Below are positions 1 through 9,108 of a DNA stretch of 64,000 bases, piece after piece. The notes under the pieces were generated by a model. The model searched no databases, was not told where the DNA came from, and saw only the letters and a program-made list of their open reading frames with translations. A program made the translations under genes and the position numbers. Source of the stretch: a candidate division WOR-3 bacterium (GTDB lineage Bacteria; Hydrothermota; Tepidihabitantia; Tepidihabitantales; Tepidihabitantaceae); assembly GCA_026418295.1 (NCBI GenBank), contig JAOABP010000006.1:1024-65023 (forward strand), given 5' to 3'. Numbering within the stretch: the first letter of the stretch is position 1; the number at the start of each line of letters is the position of its first letter.

Positions 1-108
1 TGGGACGGCACGGATAACTCTCACCGCAGTGTTGCCCCCGGAATATACTTTTACCGGATCCGTGATGGTCAGCGGGAACTGTGGGGGAAAATGGTGCTTA
101 CCCGCTGA
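1..108 (+). CDS. 3' end of a CDS cut by the window edge; T9SS-type (Por_Secre_tail / FlgD-Ig-like) C-terminal sorting domain
   Basis: Frame +1 is open from base 1 and reads WDGTDNSHRSVAPGIYFYRIRDGQRELWGKMVLTR*. The same W(D/N)G...G(V/I)Y(F)... pattern ends the ORFs at 44002, 47224, 54307 and 57098. Confidence 0.5.
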   Translation, partial: WDGTDNSHRSVAPGIYFYRIRDGQRELWGKMVLTR

Positions 109-129
109 AAGGAGCGGTGATTGTAAAAC

Positions 130-157
130 TTGACGGGACGGCGGAACAGGGTATATT
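130..157 (+). promoter_or_regulatory. candidate sigma70-type promoter for the tRNA cluster (TTGACG-16 nt-TATATT)
   Basis: Hexamers at 130-135 and 152-157. tRNA-Thr starts 15 nt downstream of the -10. Confidence 0.4.
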
Positions 158-171
158 ATTAAATTGGAATT

Positions 172-244
172 GCCGACATAGCTCAGCCGGTAGAGCAGAG
201 GTTTTGTAAACCTCAGGTCGGGGGTTCGACTCCCTCTGTCGGCT
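172..244 (+). tRNA. tRNA-Thr (anticodon UGU)
   Basis: Cloverleaf read by eye. Acceptor GCCGACA/TGTCGGC, anticodon arm GAGGT-TTTGTAA-ACCTC, T-loop GGTTCGACTCC. No encoded CCA. Confidence 0.9.
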
Positions 245-253
245 GAAAGAGAT

Positions 254-336
254 GGACGGGTTCCCGAGTGGTTAAAGGGGGCAGACTGTAAATCTGCTGG
301 CGAACGCCTACGGAGGTTCGAATCCTTCCCCGTCCA
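254..336 (+). tRNA. tRNA-Tyr (anticodon GUA), type II with long variable arm
   Basis: Acceptor GGACGGG/CCCGTCC, anticodon arm GCAGA-CTGTAAA-TCTGC, long variable arm, T-loop GGTTCGAATCC. Confidence 0.9.
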
Positions 337-355
337 TTTACATTTTTGAACCCGT

Positions 356-426
356 GCGGGCGTGGTGTAATGGTAGCACAACAGCCTTCCAAGCTGTTTG
401 CGTGGGTTCGACTCCCATCGCCCGCT
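356..426 (+). tRNA. tRNA-Gly (anticodon UCC)
   Basis: Acceptor GCGGGCG/CGCCCGC, anticodon arm ACAGC-CTTCCAA-GCTGT, T-loop GGTTCGACTCC. Confidence 0.9.
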
Positions 427-455
427 GAGCGGAAAGATTTTATTGCAAGAAATTG

Positions 456-483
456 TTGACAAGAAATAAGTTATAATTATAAT
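456..483 (+). promoter_or_regulatory. consensus sigma70-type promoter (TTGACA-16 nt-TATAAT) ahead of tRNA-Thr(GGU)/tuf
   Basis: TTGACA at 456-461 and TATAAT at 478-483. The tRNA starts 13 nt after the -10. Confidence 0.55.
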
Positions 484-495
484 TAATGAACTTTT

Positions 496-568
496 GCCCA
501 TGTAGCTCAGTCGGCAGAGCACTTCCTTGGTAAGGAAGAGGTCGCCGGTTCAATTCCGGCCGTGGGCT
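496..568 (+). tRNA. tRNA-Thr (anticodon GGU)
   Basis: Acceptor GCCCATG/CGTGGGC (one G-U pair), anticodon arm CTTCC-TTGGTAA-GGAAG, T-loop GGTTCAATTCC. Confidence 0.9.
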
Positions 569-640
569 GAATAATCAGTTAAAGCGGTTTGTGTCTGAGT
601 GAGAGAAAAATGAGGTTTTGAATACAAGGAGGAAAGGACC

Positions 641-1843
641 ATGGCTAAGGCAAAGTTTGAACGGAAGAAACCGCATGTCAATGTCGGGACGATCGGTCAT
701 GTGGACCACGGAAAAACGACCCTGACATCGGCGATTACCAAGGTACTCTCGACTAAGGGGCTGGCGACCTATACAACCTATGATCAGGTGGCAAAAGCCA
801 GCGAAGCCCACGGCCGGCGGGATGAGACGAAGATTCTGACAATCGCAGTTTCTCATGTGGAGTATGAGAGTGAAAAGAGACATTACGCCCATATCGACTG
901 TCCGGGCCACGCTGATTACATCAAGAACATGATCACCGGCGCCGCCCAGATGGACGGGGCGATTCTGGTGGTTTCGGCAGCAGACGGTCCGATGCCCCAG
1001 ACAACCGAGCACATTCTGCTGGCACGGCAGGTTAATGTGCCGGCGGTCGTGGTCTATCTGAATAAAGTGGATCTGGTTGATGATCCGGATCTGATTGAGC
1101 TGGTTTCTGAAGAAATCAAGGATATTCTGAATAAATACGGATTTCCCGGAGACAAGACACCGATTATCAAGGGCAGTGCACTGAAGGCACTGCAGGAGGA
1201 TTCCGGACCGAATGTGGACTCAATCTGGGAGCTGATCAAGGCGCTGGATGATTTCATTCCTGAGCCGGTCCGGGACATCGACAAGCCGTTCCTGATGCCG
1301 ATCGAGGACATTTTCTCAATCACCGGACGCGGTACGGTAGTTACCGGCAGAGTGGAACGGGGAATCCTCAAGCCCGGCAGTGAAGTGGAAATCATCGGCT
1401 TTGGCAAGCATGATAAGGTGGTAGTTACCAGTATTGAGATGTTCCGCAAGGTTCTGGATGATGCGCGGGCTGGTGATAATGTCGGTCTCCTGCTGCGGGG
1501 TGTGAGCAAGGAGGAAGTGGAACGGGGTATGGTTGTGGCAGCACCCGGTTCGATCAAGCCCTACAAGAAATTCAAAGCCGAGGTTTATGTCCTGACCAAG
1601 GAGGAAGGTGGCAGACATACACCGTTCTTCCCCGGTTACCGGCCGCAGTTTTATATCCGCACGACCGATGTCACCGGTACGGTTCAGCTGCCCCCGGGTG
1701 TGGAGATGGTTATGCCTGGTGACCACGTGACGATGGAGATTGAACTGATTACTCCCGTTGCTCTGGAGCAGAATTCCAAATTCGCAATTCGCGAGGGTGG
1801 CCGGACAGTGGGTGCAGGAACGGTAGTCGAGATTATTGAGTAA
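641..1843 (+). CDS. tuf: elongation factor Tu
   Basis: 400 aa. [10 protein letters not shown]-loop, DCPGHADY and NKVD motifs. AAGGAGGA SD upstream. Sits after thr-tyr-gly-thr tRNAs as in the E. coli tufB operon. Confidence 0.98.
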   Translation: MAKAKFERKKPHVNVGTIGHVDHGKTTLTSAITKVLSTKGLATYTTYDQVAKASEAHGRRDETKILTIAVSHVEYESEKRHYAHIDCPGHADYIKNMITGAAQMDGAILVVSAADGPMPQTTEHILLARQVNVPAVVVYLNKVDLVDDPDLIELVSEEIKDILNKYGFPGDKTPIIKGSALKALQEDSGPNVDSIWELIKALDDFIPEPVRDIDKPFLMPIEDIFSITGRGTVVTGRVERGILKPGSEVEIIGFGKHDKVVVTSIEMFRKVLDDARAGDNVGLLLRGVSKEEVERGMVVAAPGSIKPYKKFKAEVYVLTKEEGGRHTPFFPGYRPQFYIRTTDVTGTVQLPPGVEMVMPGDHVTMEIELITPVALEQNSKFAIREGGRTVGAGTVVEIIE

Positions 1844-1845
1844 AG

Positions 1846-1992
1846 ATGCGTATATTTGTTACCCTGGCTTGTGCAGAGTGCAAGAGTCGGAATTATCATA
1901 CGGATAAGAATAAGAAGAAAACTCAGCGGATGGAATTGAAGAAATTCTGTCCCAGCTGTAAAAAACATACAGTTCACAAGGAGGTTAAATAG
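1846..1992 (+). CDS. rpmG: 50S ribosomal protein L33 (below the ORF-track length cutoff)
   Basis: Hand translation gives [48 protein letters not shown] (48 aa). It has the two CxxC zinc-knuckle pairs typical of L33 and the conserved position between tuf and secE. Confidence 0.9.
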   Translation: MRIFVTLACAECKSRNYHTDKNKKKTQRMELKKFCPSCKKHTVHKEVK

Positions 1993-2063
1993 GCCAGTAG
2001 CTCTAACGGTAGAGCGGCGGACTCCAAATCCGTAGGTTGGGGGTTCAAATCCCTCCTGGCCTG
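1991..2063 (+). tRNA. tRNA-Trp (anticodon CCA)
   Basis: Acceptor AGGCCAG/CTGGCCT, anticodon arm GCGGA-CTCCAAA-TCCGT, T-loop GGTTCAAATCC. The first 2 nt overlap the rpmG TAG stop. Confidence 0.9.
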
Positions 2064-2071
2064 TAACGAAA

Positions 2072-2263
2072 ATGAGTATCTGGAAGAAAATCCAAGAGTA
2101 CATTAAGGATGTAATCAGTGAGCTGAAAAAAGTCAGCTGGGTCAAACCCCGGGAGCTCTGGACTACAACCCTGGTGGTGATTGCTTTTTCCGCGGTGCTG
2201 GGCGGGTTCATCGGTTTGTGTGACTTTATTTTCTCCCGGCTGCTGGCGCTGATTCTGCGCTGA
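2072..2263 (+). CDS. secE: preprotein translocase subunit SecE
   Basis: 63 aa, with a basic N-terminus (ELKKVSW..P) followed by a single TM helix. Canonical position upstream of nusG. Confidence 0.85.
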   Translation: MSIWKKIQEYIKDVISELKKVSWVKPRELWTTTLVVIAFSAVLGGFIGLCDFIFSRLLALILR

Positions 2264-2282
2264 TAAAAATGGGAAAAGAGCG

Positions 2283-2807
2283 ATGAAGTTTTTTGTGGTC
2301 CATACTTACACCGGCAGGGAGAAAAAGGTGAAAGAGCTGCTGGAGAAGGCGATCAAGATGCAGGGTAAGGAGGAACTTTTCGGGCGGGTGATTCTGCCGG
2401 CAGAGAAGGTTGCCCGGGTGCGCAAGTCAAAGATTGTTACTGAAGAAAAGCGGTTGTATCCAGGATATATTGTCGTTGAAATGGAGCCGGTTGAGGAGGC
2501 GCTTAAGCTGGTAACGTCAATCCCCGGCGTCACACATATTCTCGGAACAAAACAGCGACCGCTGGCACTGTCGGAAGATGAGGTGACGGCAATCTGTGAA
2601 CAGATTGAGCAGGGTAAGGACCGGATTGAACCGGAGGCGCCGTTTGAGAAGGGGGAGACAGTAAAGGTAACGAAGGGGCCGTTTGCCGGGTTTACCGGAA
2701 CGGTGGAGGAGATTATCCCGGAACGGCGTCGGGTCAAGGTGATGGTTACTATTTTCGGACGCCCGACACCAATTGACCTCGATTTTCTCGAGGTCCAGCC
2801 AATTTAG
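2283..2807 (+). CDS. nusG: transcription termination/antitermination factor NusG
   Basis: 174 aa. NGN domain (FVVHTYTGREKKV) and KOW motif (GETVKVTKGPFAGFTGTVEEI). Confidence 0.95.
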   Translation: MKFFVVHTYTGREKKVKELLEKAIKMQGKEELFGRVILPAEKVARVRKSKIVTEEKRLYPGYIVVEMEPVEEALKLVTSIPGVTHILGTKQRPLALSEDEVTAICEQIEQGKDRIEPEAPFEKGETVKVTKGPFAGFTGTVEEIIPERRRVKVMVTIFGRPTPIDLDFLEVQPI

Positions 2808-2819
2808 GGAGGATTGATT

Positions 2820-3251
2820 ATGATGACGAAGAAAGTTCTCGCAGTAGTTAAATTACAGATTCCCGCAGGTCAGGCGACTGCAGCACCGCCAGTAGGTCCG
2901 GCACTGGGGCAGCACGGTGTGAATATTGCGGAATTTATCCGGGCGTTCAATGAGGCAACAAAGCGGGAGCCGCCAGGAATGCTGATTCCGGTGATTGTTA
3001 CGATTTATGCCGATCGGAAATTTACATTCGTGACCAAGAGTCCGCCGGCATCGGTGCTGTTGAAGCAGGCCGCCGGACTGGCAAAAGGTTCGGCCGAACC
3101 CAACCGGGTGAAGGTGGGGGTGGTCACCAGAAAGGCGATCCGTGAAATTGCGGAAAAGAAGATGAAGGACCTGAATGCCAGCAGTCTGGAGGCGGCAATA
3201 AAGATCATCGAAGGGACCGCCCGTTCGATGGGACTTACGGTGGAGGGTTAA
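2820..3251 (+). CDS. rplK: 50S ribosomal protein L11
   Basis: [26 protein letters not shown] motif. The ATG at 2820 lies 6 nt after GGGAGGA (2807-2813). The ORF-track TTG at 2814 would abut the SD. Confidence 0.95.
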   Translation: MMTKKVLAVVKLQIPAGQATAAPPVGPALGQHGVNIAEFIRAFNEATKREPPGMLIPVIVTIYADRKFTFVTKSPPASVLLKQAAGLAKGSAEPNRVKVGVVTRKAIREIAEKKMKDLNASSLEAAIKIIEGTARSMGLTVEG

Positions 3252-3961
3252 TGAGACACAGTAAACGATATCGTCAACTGCGGGAGAAGGTCGACCGCTT
3301 GAAAAGTTATTCACTTGCTGAGGCAGTCCGGCTGGTAAAGGAGAATGCCAATGCCAAGTTTGATGAATCGGTAGAGGTGGCGGTCAGGCTGGGGATTGAT
3401 CCGAAAAAGCAGGAGCAGGCAGTTGCCGGGACAGTAACGCTTCCGCATGGCACCGGTAAAAAGGTGAGGGTACTTGCCTTTGTCAAGGGAGATAAGGTGG
3501 ATGAAGCCCGGGCCGCCGGGGCCGATTATGTGGGGTTTGAGGATCTGGTGGAGAAAATCAGTTCCGGCTGGACCGATTTTGATATCGCAGTGGCAACCCC
3601 GGACACCATGCCTGCGGTCGGAAAACTGGGCAAAATTTTAGGACCTAAGGGATTGATGCCCTCCCCGAAAACTCAGACCGTGACCTTTGATATCGGGAAT
3701 GCAATCCGTGCACTTAAGGCGGGAAGAATCAATTATCGGAATGACAAAACCGGAAATGTCCATGCGGTAGTCGGGAAGGTCTCATTTGCACCGGAACAGC
3801 TGATTGACAATATTCAAACCTTTGTCCGGGAACTGATGAAGAACAAACCCTCAACCGCCAAGGGGCAGTTTATCCGCAAAGTGGTTATTTCCTCGACTAT
3901 GGGGGTGGGGATCAGAGTTGACACCAAGGAATTCAGTGAAGCTGTGAAACGCGAGGTTTAA
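3251..3961 (+). CDS. rplA: 50S ribosomal protein L1
   Basis: 236 aa with L1 hallmarks ([26 protein letters not shown]). TAATG overlap with rplK. Confidence 0.95.
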   Translation: MRHSKRYRQLREKVDRLKSYSLAEAVRLVKENANAKFDESVEVAVRLGIDPKKQEQAVAGTVTLPHGTGKKVRVLAFVKGDKVDEARAAGADYVGFEDLVEKISSGWTDFDIAVATPDTMPAVGKLGKILGPKGLMPSPKTQTVTFDIGNAIRALKAGRINYRNDKTGNVHAVVGKVSFAPEQLIDNIQTFVRELMKNKPSTAKGQFIRKVVISSTMGVGIRVDTKEFSEAVKREV

Positions 3962-3962
3962 A

Positions 3963-4496
3963 ATGCCCAAGGAAGAAAAGGTTAAATTTATTGAAGACTT
4001 GCAGTCAAAAATCAAGTCAGCGACTGCACTCTATTTTCTCGACTTCAGCGGACTGCCAGCGAATGACTTTAATGAATTCCGGCGCAGCGCCCGGGAGCAG
4101 AATATGACGGTGAAGGTGGTCAAGAATCAGCTTGCACTGAGGGCGCTGAAGGCATCGGGTGTTCCCGACGGGATTGCTCAAGTCCTTCGTGGTCCGACAT
4201 CCATGATCTTTGCAGTTGACGATCCAATTGCGCCCGCACGTTTTCTGAAGGATGTTGGTAAACGGATACCCAATATCAGGTTCAAGGGTGCCTATCTGGA
4301 AAATACACTATACACCGCCGAGCAGTTCGACCTCTTGGCGAATCTGCCGACCAAGCAGGACCTGCGCGCCGAACTGGTGGGCGTACTTGCCGGACCCATA
4401 TCAGGACTTGCGGGAGTACTGGAGGGGATGCTGGCAGAGCTGGTTTGGGTGCTTGAGCAGCTGGAGCAGAAAAAGAGCACCGTGTCCGGGAGTTAA
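3963..4496 (+). CDS. rplJ: 50S ribosomal protein L10
   Basis: 177 aa, positioned between rplA and rplL, L10-like throughout. Confidence 0.93.
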   Translation: MPKEEKVKFIEDLQSKIKSATALYFLDFSGLPANDFNEFRRSAREQNMTVKVVKNQLALRALKASGVPDGIAQVLRGPTSMIFAVDDPIAPARFLKDVGKRIPNIRFKGAYLENTLYTAEQFDLLANLPTKQDLRAELVGVLAGPISGLAGVLEGMLAELVWVLEQLEQKKSTVSGS

Positions 4497-4581
4497 TTAT
4501 GCCGTACCGGAATATTGATCTAAGATTGCTGCTTCTAAGCAAAATGGCTGAAAAATTTCTAAATTAATTAAGGAGGAAAAA

Positions 4582-4977
4582 ATGTCTGAGGATAAAGTTC
4601 AGCAGTTAATTGCCACGATTGAAGGGCTGACCGTGACCGAACTGGCAGCACTGGTAAAGGAGCTGAAGGAGAAATTCGGGGTGACAGCTCCGGCATTTGT
4701 TGCCGGGGTGGCAGCTCCTCAAGCTGCAGCCGGTGGTGCAGCGCCGGATACCAAGGCAGAGGAAAAGACCGAGTTCACCGTTACCCTGGTTTCGGTCGGC
4801 GACAAGAAGATTCAGGTGCTTAAGGAGCTGCGGGCGCTGACTCAGCTGGGTTTGAAGGAGGCAAAGGATATCATTGAGAAGACGCCAAGTGTTATTAAGG
4901 AGAATGTCAGTCGGGAGGAGGCAGAGCGCCTGAAGGCGAAGCTGGAAGAAGTCGGTGCCAAGGTGGAAATTAAGTAA
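4582..4977 (+). CDS. rplL: 50S ribosomal protein L7/L12
   Basis: 131 aa. Ala-rich hinge, and a C-terminal domain reading [24 protein letters not shown]...[24 protein letters not shown]. Confidence 0.96.
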   Translation: MSEDKVQQLIATIEGLTVTELAALVKELKEKFGVTAPAFVAGVAAPQAAAGGAAPDTKAEEKTEFTVTLVSVGDKKIQVLKELRALTQLGLKEAKDIIEKTPSVIKENVSREEAERLKAKLEEVGAKVEIK

Positions 4978-5067
4978 GATCTCATTGGTCCGCGGTTGTG
5001 CAGCAGAGGAACCAGCAGTTGAGCGGTTTATTTAGCCGGGGTGGAGCGTAAACAGGAAAGAGAGTAA

Positions 5068-8000
5068 ATGAGTATAAAACAGAAGAACTTTGCAAAGAGT
5101 CGGACGGTCCTTGAAATTCCCAATCTGCTTTCGCTCCAGTGGGAGTCGTTTGCCGAGTTTACCCAGTTCAATGTTGCACCGGAACAACGCAGGGTGCAGG
5201 GGCTGGAGGCGGTGTTCCGGGAGATGTTTCCGGTTGTTGATGAACACAAGAACTTCCGTCTTGAGTATGTGCGCTACGAATTTGGTGAGCCCCGCTATTC
5301 TCCCGAAGAGGCGATTGCCCGGGGAACTACTTATGCCCTGCCACTCAAGGTGATCTTCCGTCTGGTCAGAACCGGTTGGAAAAAAGATAAATTGCGGGAT
5401 ACCGACACTGCTGAACAGGAAGTGAAAGATGTAATCGAGCAGGAGGTATATTTCTGTGAGCTCCCCTGGATGACGGTAAACGGCTCATTCATTATTAACG
5501 GGGTTGAAAGAGTAGTCGTAAGTCAGCTGCATCGTTCCCCCGGGGTCTATTTCTCAGAGGAAGATGAAGAGTTGTCGGCGCTGCTGGTTCCATTGCGGGG
5601 AGCCTGGTTTGAACTGGTAGTAGATAAGAATCAGACGCTGATGGTGGTTCTTGATCGTAAGAAACGGGTATCTGCCGGGACATTCCTTCAAGCCCTGGGA
5701 TATACCCATGCGGATGTGCTCAGAAGGCTGTTCAAAGTAGAACGACGGAAACTGCAGCTGGGTGATGTGCTTGCTGAAGATATTAAAGTAGATGATGCAG
5801 ATGTTACCGAGACAAAACGGGAGCCGGTAGTTCTGGCAAGAGCGGCAGAGCGCATTACCGAAGGTCTTTATGAATATCTCACTGCAAAGGGGATCGAGGA
5901 AGCAGAAGTAGTCGTTCCCGGTCAGCCCGGTATCGATATTATCGTAAATACACTTGAGACCGATAAGGCCAGTTCCAAGGATGATGCGGTAAAAAGGATA
6001 TATCTGCGCTTGCGTAACATCGTGCCGCATTCACTGGAAGTTGCGGAAAATATGATTGCGGCGATGCTGTTTGATCCGCGGCGATTTGACCTGGGCCGGG
6101 TCGGGCGTCTCAAGCTGAATCAGCGGCTCTGGCTCAAGACCAGTCCGAATCAGACCGCGCTTGATATCAATGATATCTTTTCGATTATTGATCGAATCCT
6201 GCGAATCGCGGCAGAAGCACAACTGGCAGTACTCAGGATCGAATGCAGAGATAAACATGATGTGGATACGATTGTCAATTTATTGACCGAGAGTGGCGCT
6301 GCTCCTGATAAATACGAGTTTTTCGATCGGAACCGCATGGTGGAACTGTGGTTCAAATCGGAGGATTCGGGAAAATTGGCGCGCGAAATTTTACATCGGG
6401 CAGGCTACCGATCAGATTCGCAGACGTTCCGATACGGACTGGATGATGTTGATCATCTGGGCAGCAGACGGGTAAGAAGAGTCGGGGAACTTCTGGAGAA
6501 TCAGTTCCGGCTCGCCCTGACCCAGCTTGCTCAAAATGTCCGGGAAAGGGCAGCGTTTGTTGACGATGGGCAACTGGTACCTCAGGAGTTGGTGAATACT
6601 CGGGTAGTTGCCAATGCGGTCATGCAGTTTTTTACCCAGAGCCAGCTGTGTCAGTTTATGGAGCAGACCAATCCGCTTGCTGAATTGACGCATAAGCGGC
6701 GGGTTTCGACTCTTGGTCCGGGAGGATTAACCAAGGAGACGGCGGGCTTTGAAGTCCGCGATGTGCATTATTCTCATTACGGCCGGCTCTGTCCGATTGA
6801 AACTCCCGAAGGTCCGAATATCGGTCTAATTGCCACGGTTGCCACTTATGCCCGTATCGATCCCTACGGATTTATCAGTACTCCTTACTGGCAGGTGAAG
6901 GATGGCAGGGTGATCATGGGGAAGGGAAAGGAGGTTTACTTAACGCCTGATGAGGAGGACCGTTATACTATTGCCCAGGCGACTTCTGAGCTCCTTCCCG
7001 ATGGCAGTTTTGCCAAATCGGAGGTTATCTGTCGTCGACGGGGCGATGTGGTGGTAGTGCCGGTGGAAGAAGTTGATTTTATGGATGTTTCTCCGAAGCA
7101 GCTGTTTGCTCCTTCAACAGTTATGATTCCGTTTCTCGAGCATGATGATGCTGACCGGGCATTAATGGGCGCTAACATGCAGCGGCAGGCGGTTCCGCTC
7201 CTTGTGCCTCAGAAACCACTGGTGGCTACCGGCGTTGAAGAGAAATTTGCGACTGAATCGGGTGCAGTAGTTATTGCTCAGGAGGATGGAATTGTTACAA
7301 AAGTTGATGCCAAGCGGATCATTGTCCGTACTGAAAAGGGGCTGGTAGAACACCGGTTGACAAAATACCGGAAATCCAATCAGTATACCTGTCTGAACCA
7401 GCGGCCGGTAGTCCGGGTTGGGGATGAGGTGAAAAAAGGAGATCTGCTTGCTGACGGACCGGCAACAGATGAGGGACAGCTGGCACTGGGGAGAAATGTG
7501 CTGGTGGCATTTGTTCCCTGGCGGGGATATAATTACGAAGATGCAATTATTGTTTCCGAAGATTTATTAAAAGAAGATGCGTTTACCTCCATTCAGATTC
7601 TGGAGTTTGAAATCCAGGCCCGGGAGACGCGATTAGGCCCGGAGCAGATTACTCGTGATATTCCCGGGGCAACTGAAGATGAGCTGAGGAATCTGGATGA
7701 ATTTGGAATTGTGCGGATCGGAGCTGAGGTGGGACCTGGTGATATTCTTGTGGGCAGGATTACCCCCAAGGGGGAAACTGAATACACTCCAGAAGAACGG
7801 CTTTTGAGAGCGATTTTCGGAGAGAAGGCAGCAAATGTAAAGGATACATCATTACGGGTGGAACCCGGTGTTTTTGGGACAGTCATTGATCGGCGAATTC
7901 TCTCCCGGAAACTAAATGACCGGCTTTCCCGCCGGCTGGAAAAGGAACGGGTGAATGAGGCAGAAAATCGGTATGAGGTGAAGAAGGAGTTTTTCCGCCA

Positions 8001-9078
8001 GCGGCGCGATGAAAAGTTGCGGGCATTACTTAAAGGGCACAAGGCGGCAGCCAATGCCCGGACGAGCAAGGGGAAGATTGTTCATAAAGCCGGGCTGGTA
8101 ATGGATGATGAGTTCCTTAATTCGGAAGAATTTTCCAATGTTGTTAACTTTGAGCAGTTGCTGGTCAATCCCAGATTACAGGATGAAATACGGCAGGTAC
8201 TGAAGGAATATGATGAGGCGCTGACCAAGGCTCAGACGGAAAAGAGAAATGAGGAGGAACGGGCAACACGTGGCGATGAACTGCCTCATGGCGTATTGCA
8301 GTCCGTGACGATTTTTATCGCTCAGAAGCGGCGACTGGCGGTTGGGGACAAATTCGCCGGGCGGCATGGTAACAAGGGTGTGGTTTCCAAAATTCTGCCG
8401 GTTGAAGATATGCCTTATGTGGCCGTTAATCCTCAAGAGGCGGAGAGCAATACGATCAAAGAAATGCGGGGATTACCAGTTGATATGGTTCTGAATCCGC
8501 TGGGTGTGCCATCGCGGATGAACTTGGGGCAGGTTTTGGAGGCACATCTGGGCTGGGCGGCACGGGTTCTGGGGTATCAGGCGGTGTGTCCGGTTTTTGA
8601 AAGTGCAACCCCCGAGGAAATCAAAGAGGAGCTCAAGAGGGCCGGGTTGCCGGCAGACGGTAAGATTGTCCTCTACGATGGACGAACCGGAGAGCCATTC
8701 AAGGGAAAGGTTACGGTAGGTGTAATGTACATGATGAAGCTGATTCATATGGTGGATGATAAAATCCATGCCCGCTCAACCGGTAAGTATTCATTAATTA
8801 CTCAGCAGCCTCTGGGAGGTAAGGCGCAATTTGGCGGACAGCGTTTTGGTGAGATGGAAGTATGGGCCCTCGAAGCTTATGGTGCAGCGCATGCGTTACA
8901 GGAGATGCTGACGATCAAGTCTGATGATGTGGAGGGAAGAAGTGCACTTTATGAGGCACTGATCCGGGGTAAGAACCCGCCGCGTCCCAAGGCACCAGCT
9001 TCATTTGCGGTTCTGATTAAGGAGTTGCAGGGGTTGGGGTTGGAACTGGTTCCGGAAAGGGAAAAGAAAATACAGTAA
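5068..9078 (+). CDS. rpoB: DNA-directed RNA polymerase beta subunit
   Basis: 1336 aa. DDVDHLGSRRVR, GRHGNKGVVSKI and NPLGVPSRMN motifs, with lineage-specific insertions (see findings). Confidence 0.98.
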   Translation: MSIKQKNFAKSRTVLEIPNLLSLQWESFAEFTQFNVAPEQRRVQGLEAVFREMFPVVDEHKNFRLEYVRYEFGEPRYSPEEAIARGTTYALPLKVIFRLVRTGWKKDKLRDTDTAEQEVKDVIEQEVYFCELPWMTVNGSFIINGVERVVVSQLHRSPGVYFSEEDEELSALLVPLRGAWFELVVDKNQTLMVVLDRKKRVSAGTFLQALGYTHADVLRRLFKVERRKLQLGDVLAEDIKVDDADVTETKREPVVLARAAERITEGLYEYLTAKGIEEAEVVVPGQPGIDIIVNTLETDKASSKDDAVKRIYLRLRNIVPHSLEVAENMIAAMLFDPRRFDLGRVGRLKLNQRLWLKTSPNQTALDINDIFSIIDRILRIAAEAQLAVLRIECRDKHDVDTIVNLLTESGAAPDKYEFFDRNRMVELWFKSEDSGKLAREILHRAGYRSDSQTFRYGLDDVDHLGSRRVRRVGELLENQFRLALTQLAQNVRERAAFVDDGQLVPQELVNTRVVANAVMQFFTQSQLCQFMEQTNPLAELTHKRRVSTLGPGGLTKETAGFEVRDVHYSHYGRLCPIETPEGPNIGLIATVATYARIDPYGFISTPYWQVKDGRVIMGKGKEVYLTPDEEDRYTIAQATSELLPDGSFAKSEVICRRRGDVVVVPVEEVDFMDVSPKQLFAPSTVMIPFLEHDDADRALMGANMQRQAVPLLVPQKPLVATGVEEKFATESGAVVIAQEDGIVTKVDAKRIIVRTEKGLVEHRLTKYRKSNQYTCLNQRPVVRVGDEVKKGDLLADGPATDEGQLALGRNVLVAFVPWRGYNYEDAIIVSEDLLKEDAFTSIQILEFEIQARETRLGPEQITRDIPGATEDELRNLDEFGIVRIGAEVGPGDILVGRITPKGETEYTPEERLLRAIFGEKAANVKDTSLRVEPGVFGTVIDRRILSRKLNDRLSRRLEKERVNEAENRYEVKKEFFRQRRDEKLRALLKGHKAAANARTSKGKIVHKAGLVMDDEFLNSEEFSNVVNFEQLLVNPRLQDEIRQVLKEYDEALTKAQTEKRNEEERATRGDELPHGVLQSVTIFIAQKRRLAVGDKFAGRHGNKGVVSKILPVEDMPYVAVNPQEAESNTIKEMRGLPVDMVLNPLGVPSRMNLGQVLEAHLGWAARVLGYQAVCPVFESATPEEIKEELKRAGLPADGKIVLYDGRTGEPFKGKVTVGVMYMMKLIHMVDDKIHARSTGKYSLITQQPLGGKAQFGGQRFGEMEVWALEAYGAAHALQEMLTIKSDDVEGRSALYEALIRGKNPPRPKAPASFAVLIKELQGLGLELVPEREKKIQ

Positions 9079-9108
9079 TGCGGAAAATTTTTGAGGTGAG
9101 GAGGTCGG

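Noticed and set aside
575-2211. Minus-strand ORFs (145-175 aa) overlapping tuf, rpmG and tRNA-Trp.
   Set aside because: They are antisense to one of the most conserved genes known and to a tRNA. There are no start signals and the translations are low-complexity.
4990-5034. Possible rplL-rpoB attenuator: CCGC...GCGG stem followed by TTTATTT.
   Set aside because: Only 4 terminal base pairs plus a few interrupted inner pairs could be drawn by eye. This is too weak to call a terminator without a folding calculation.
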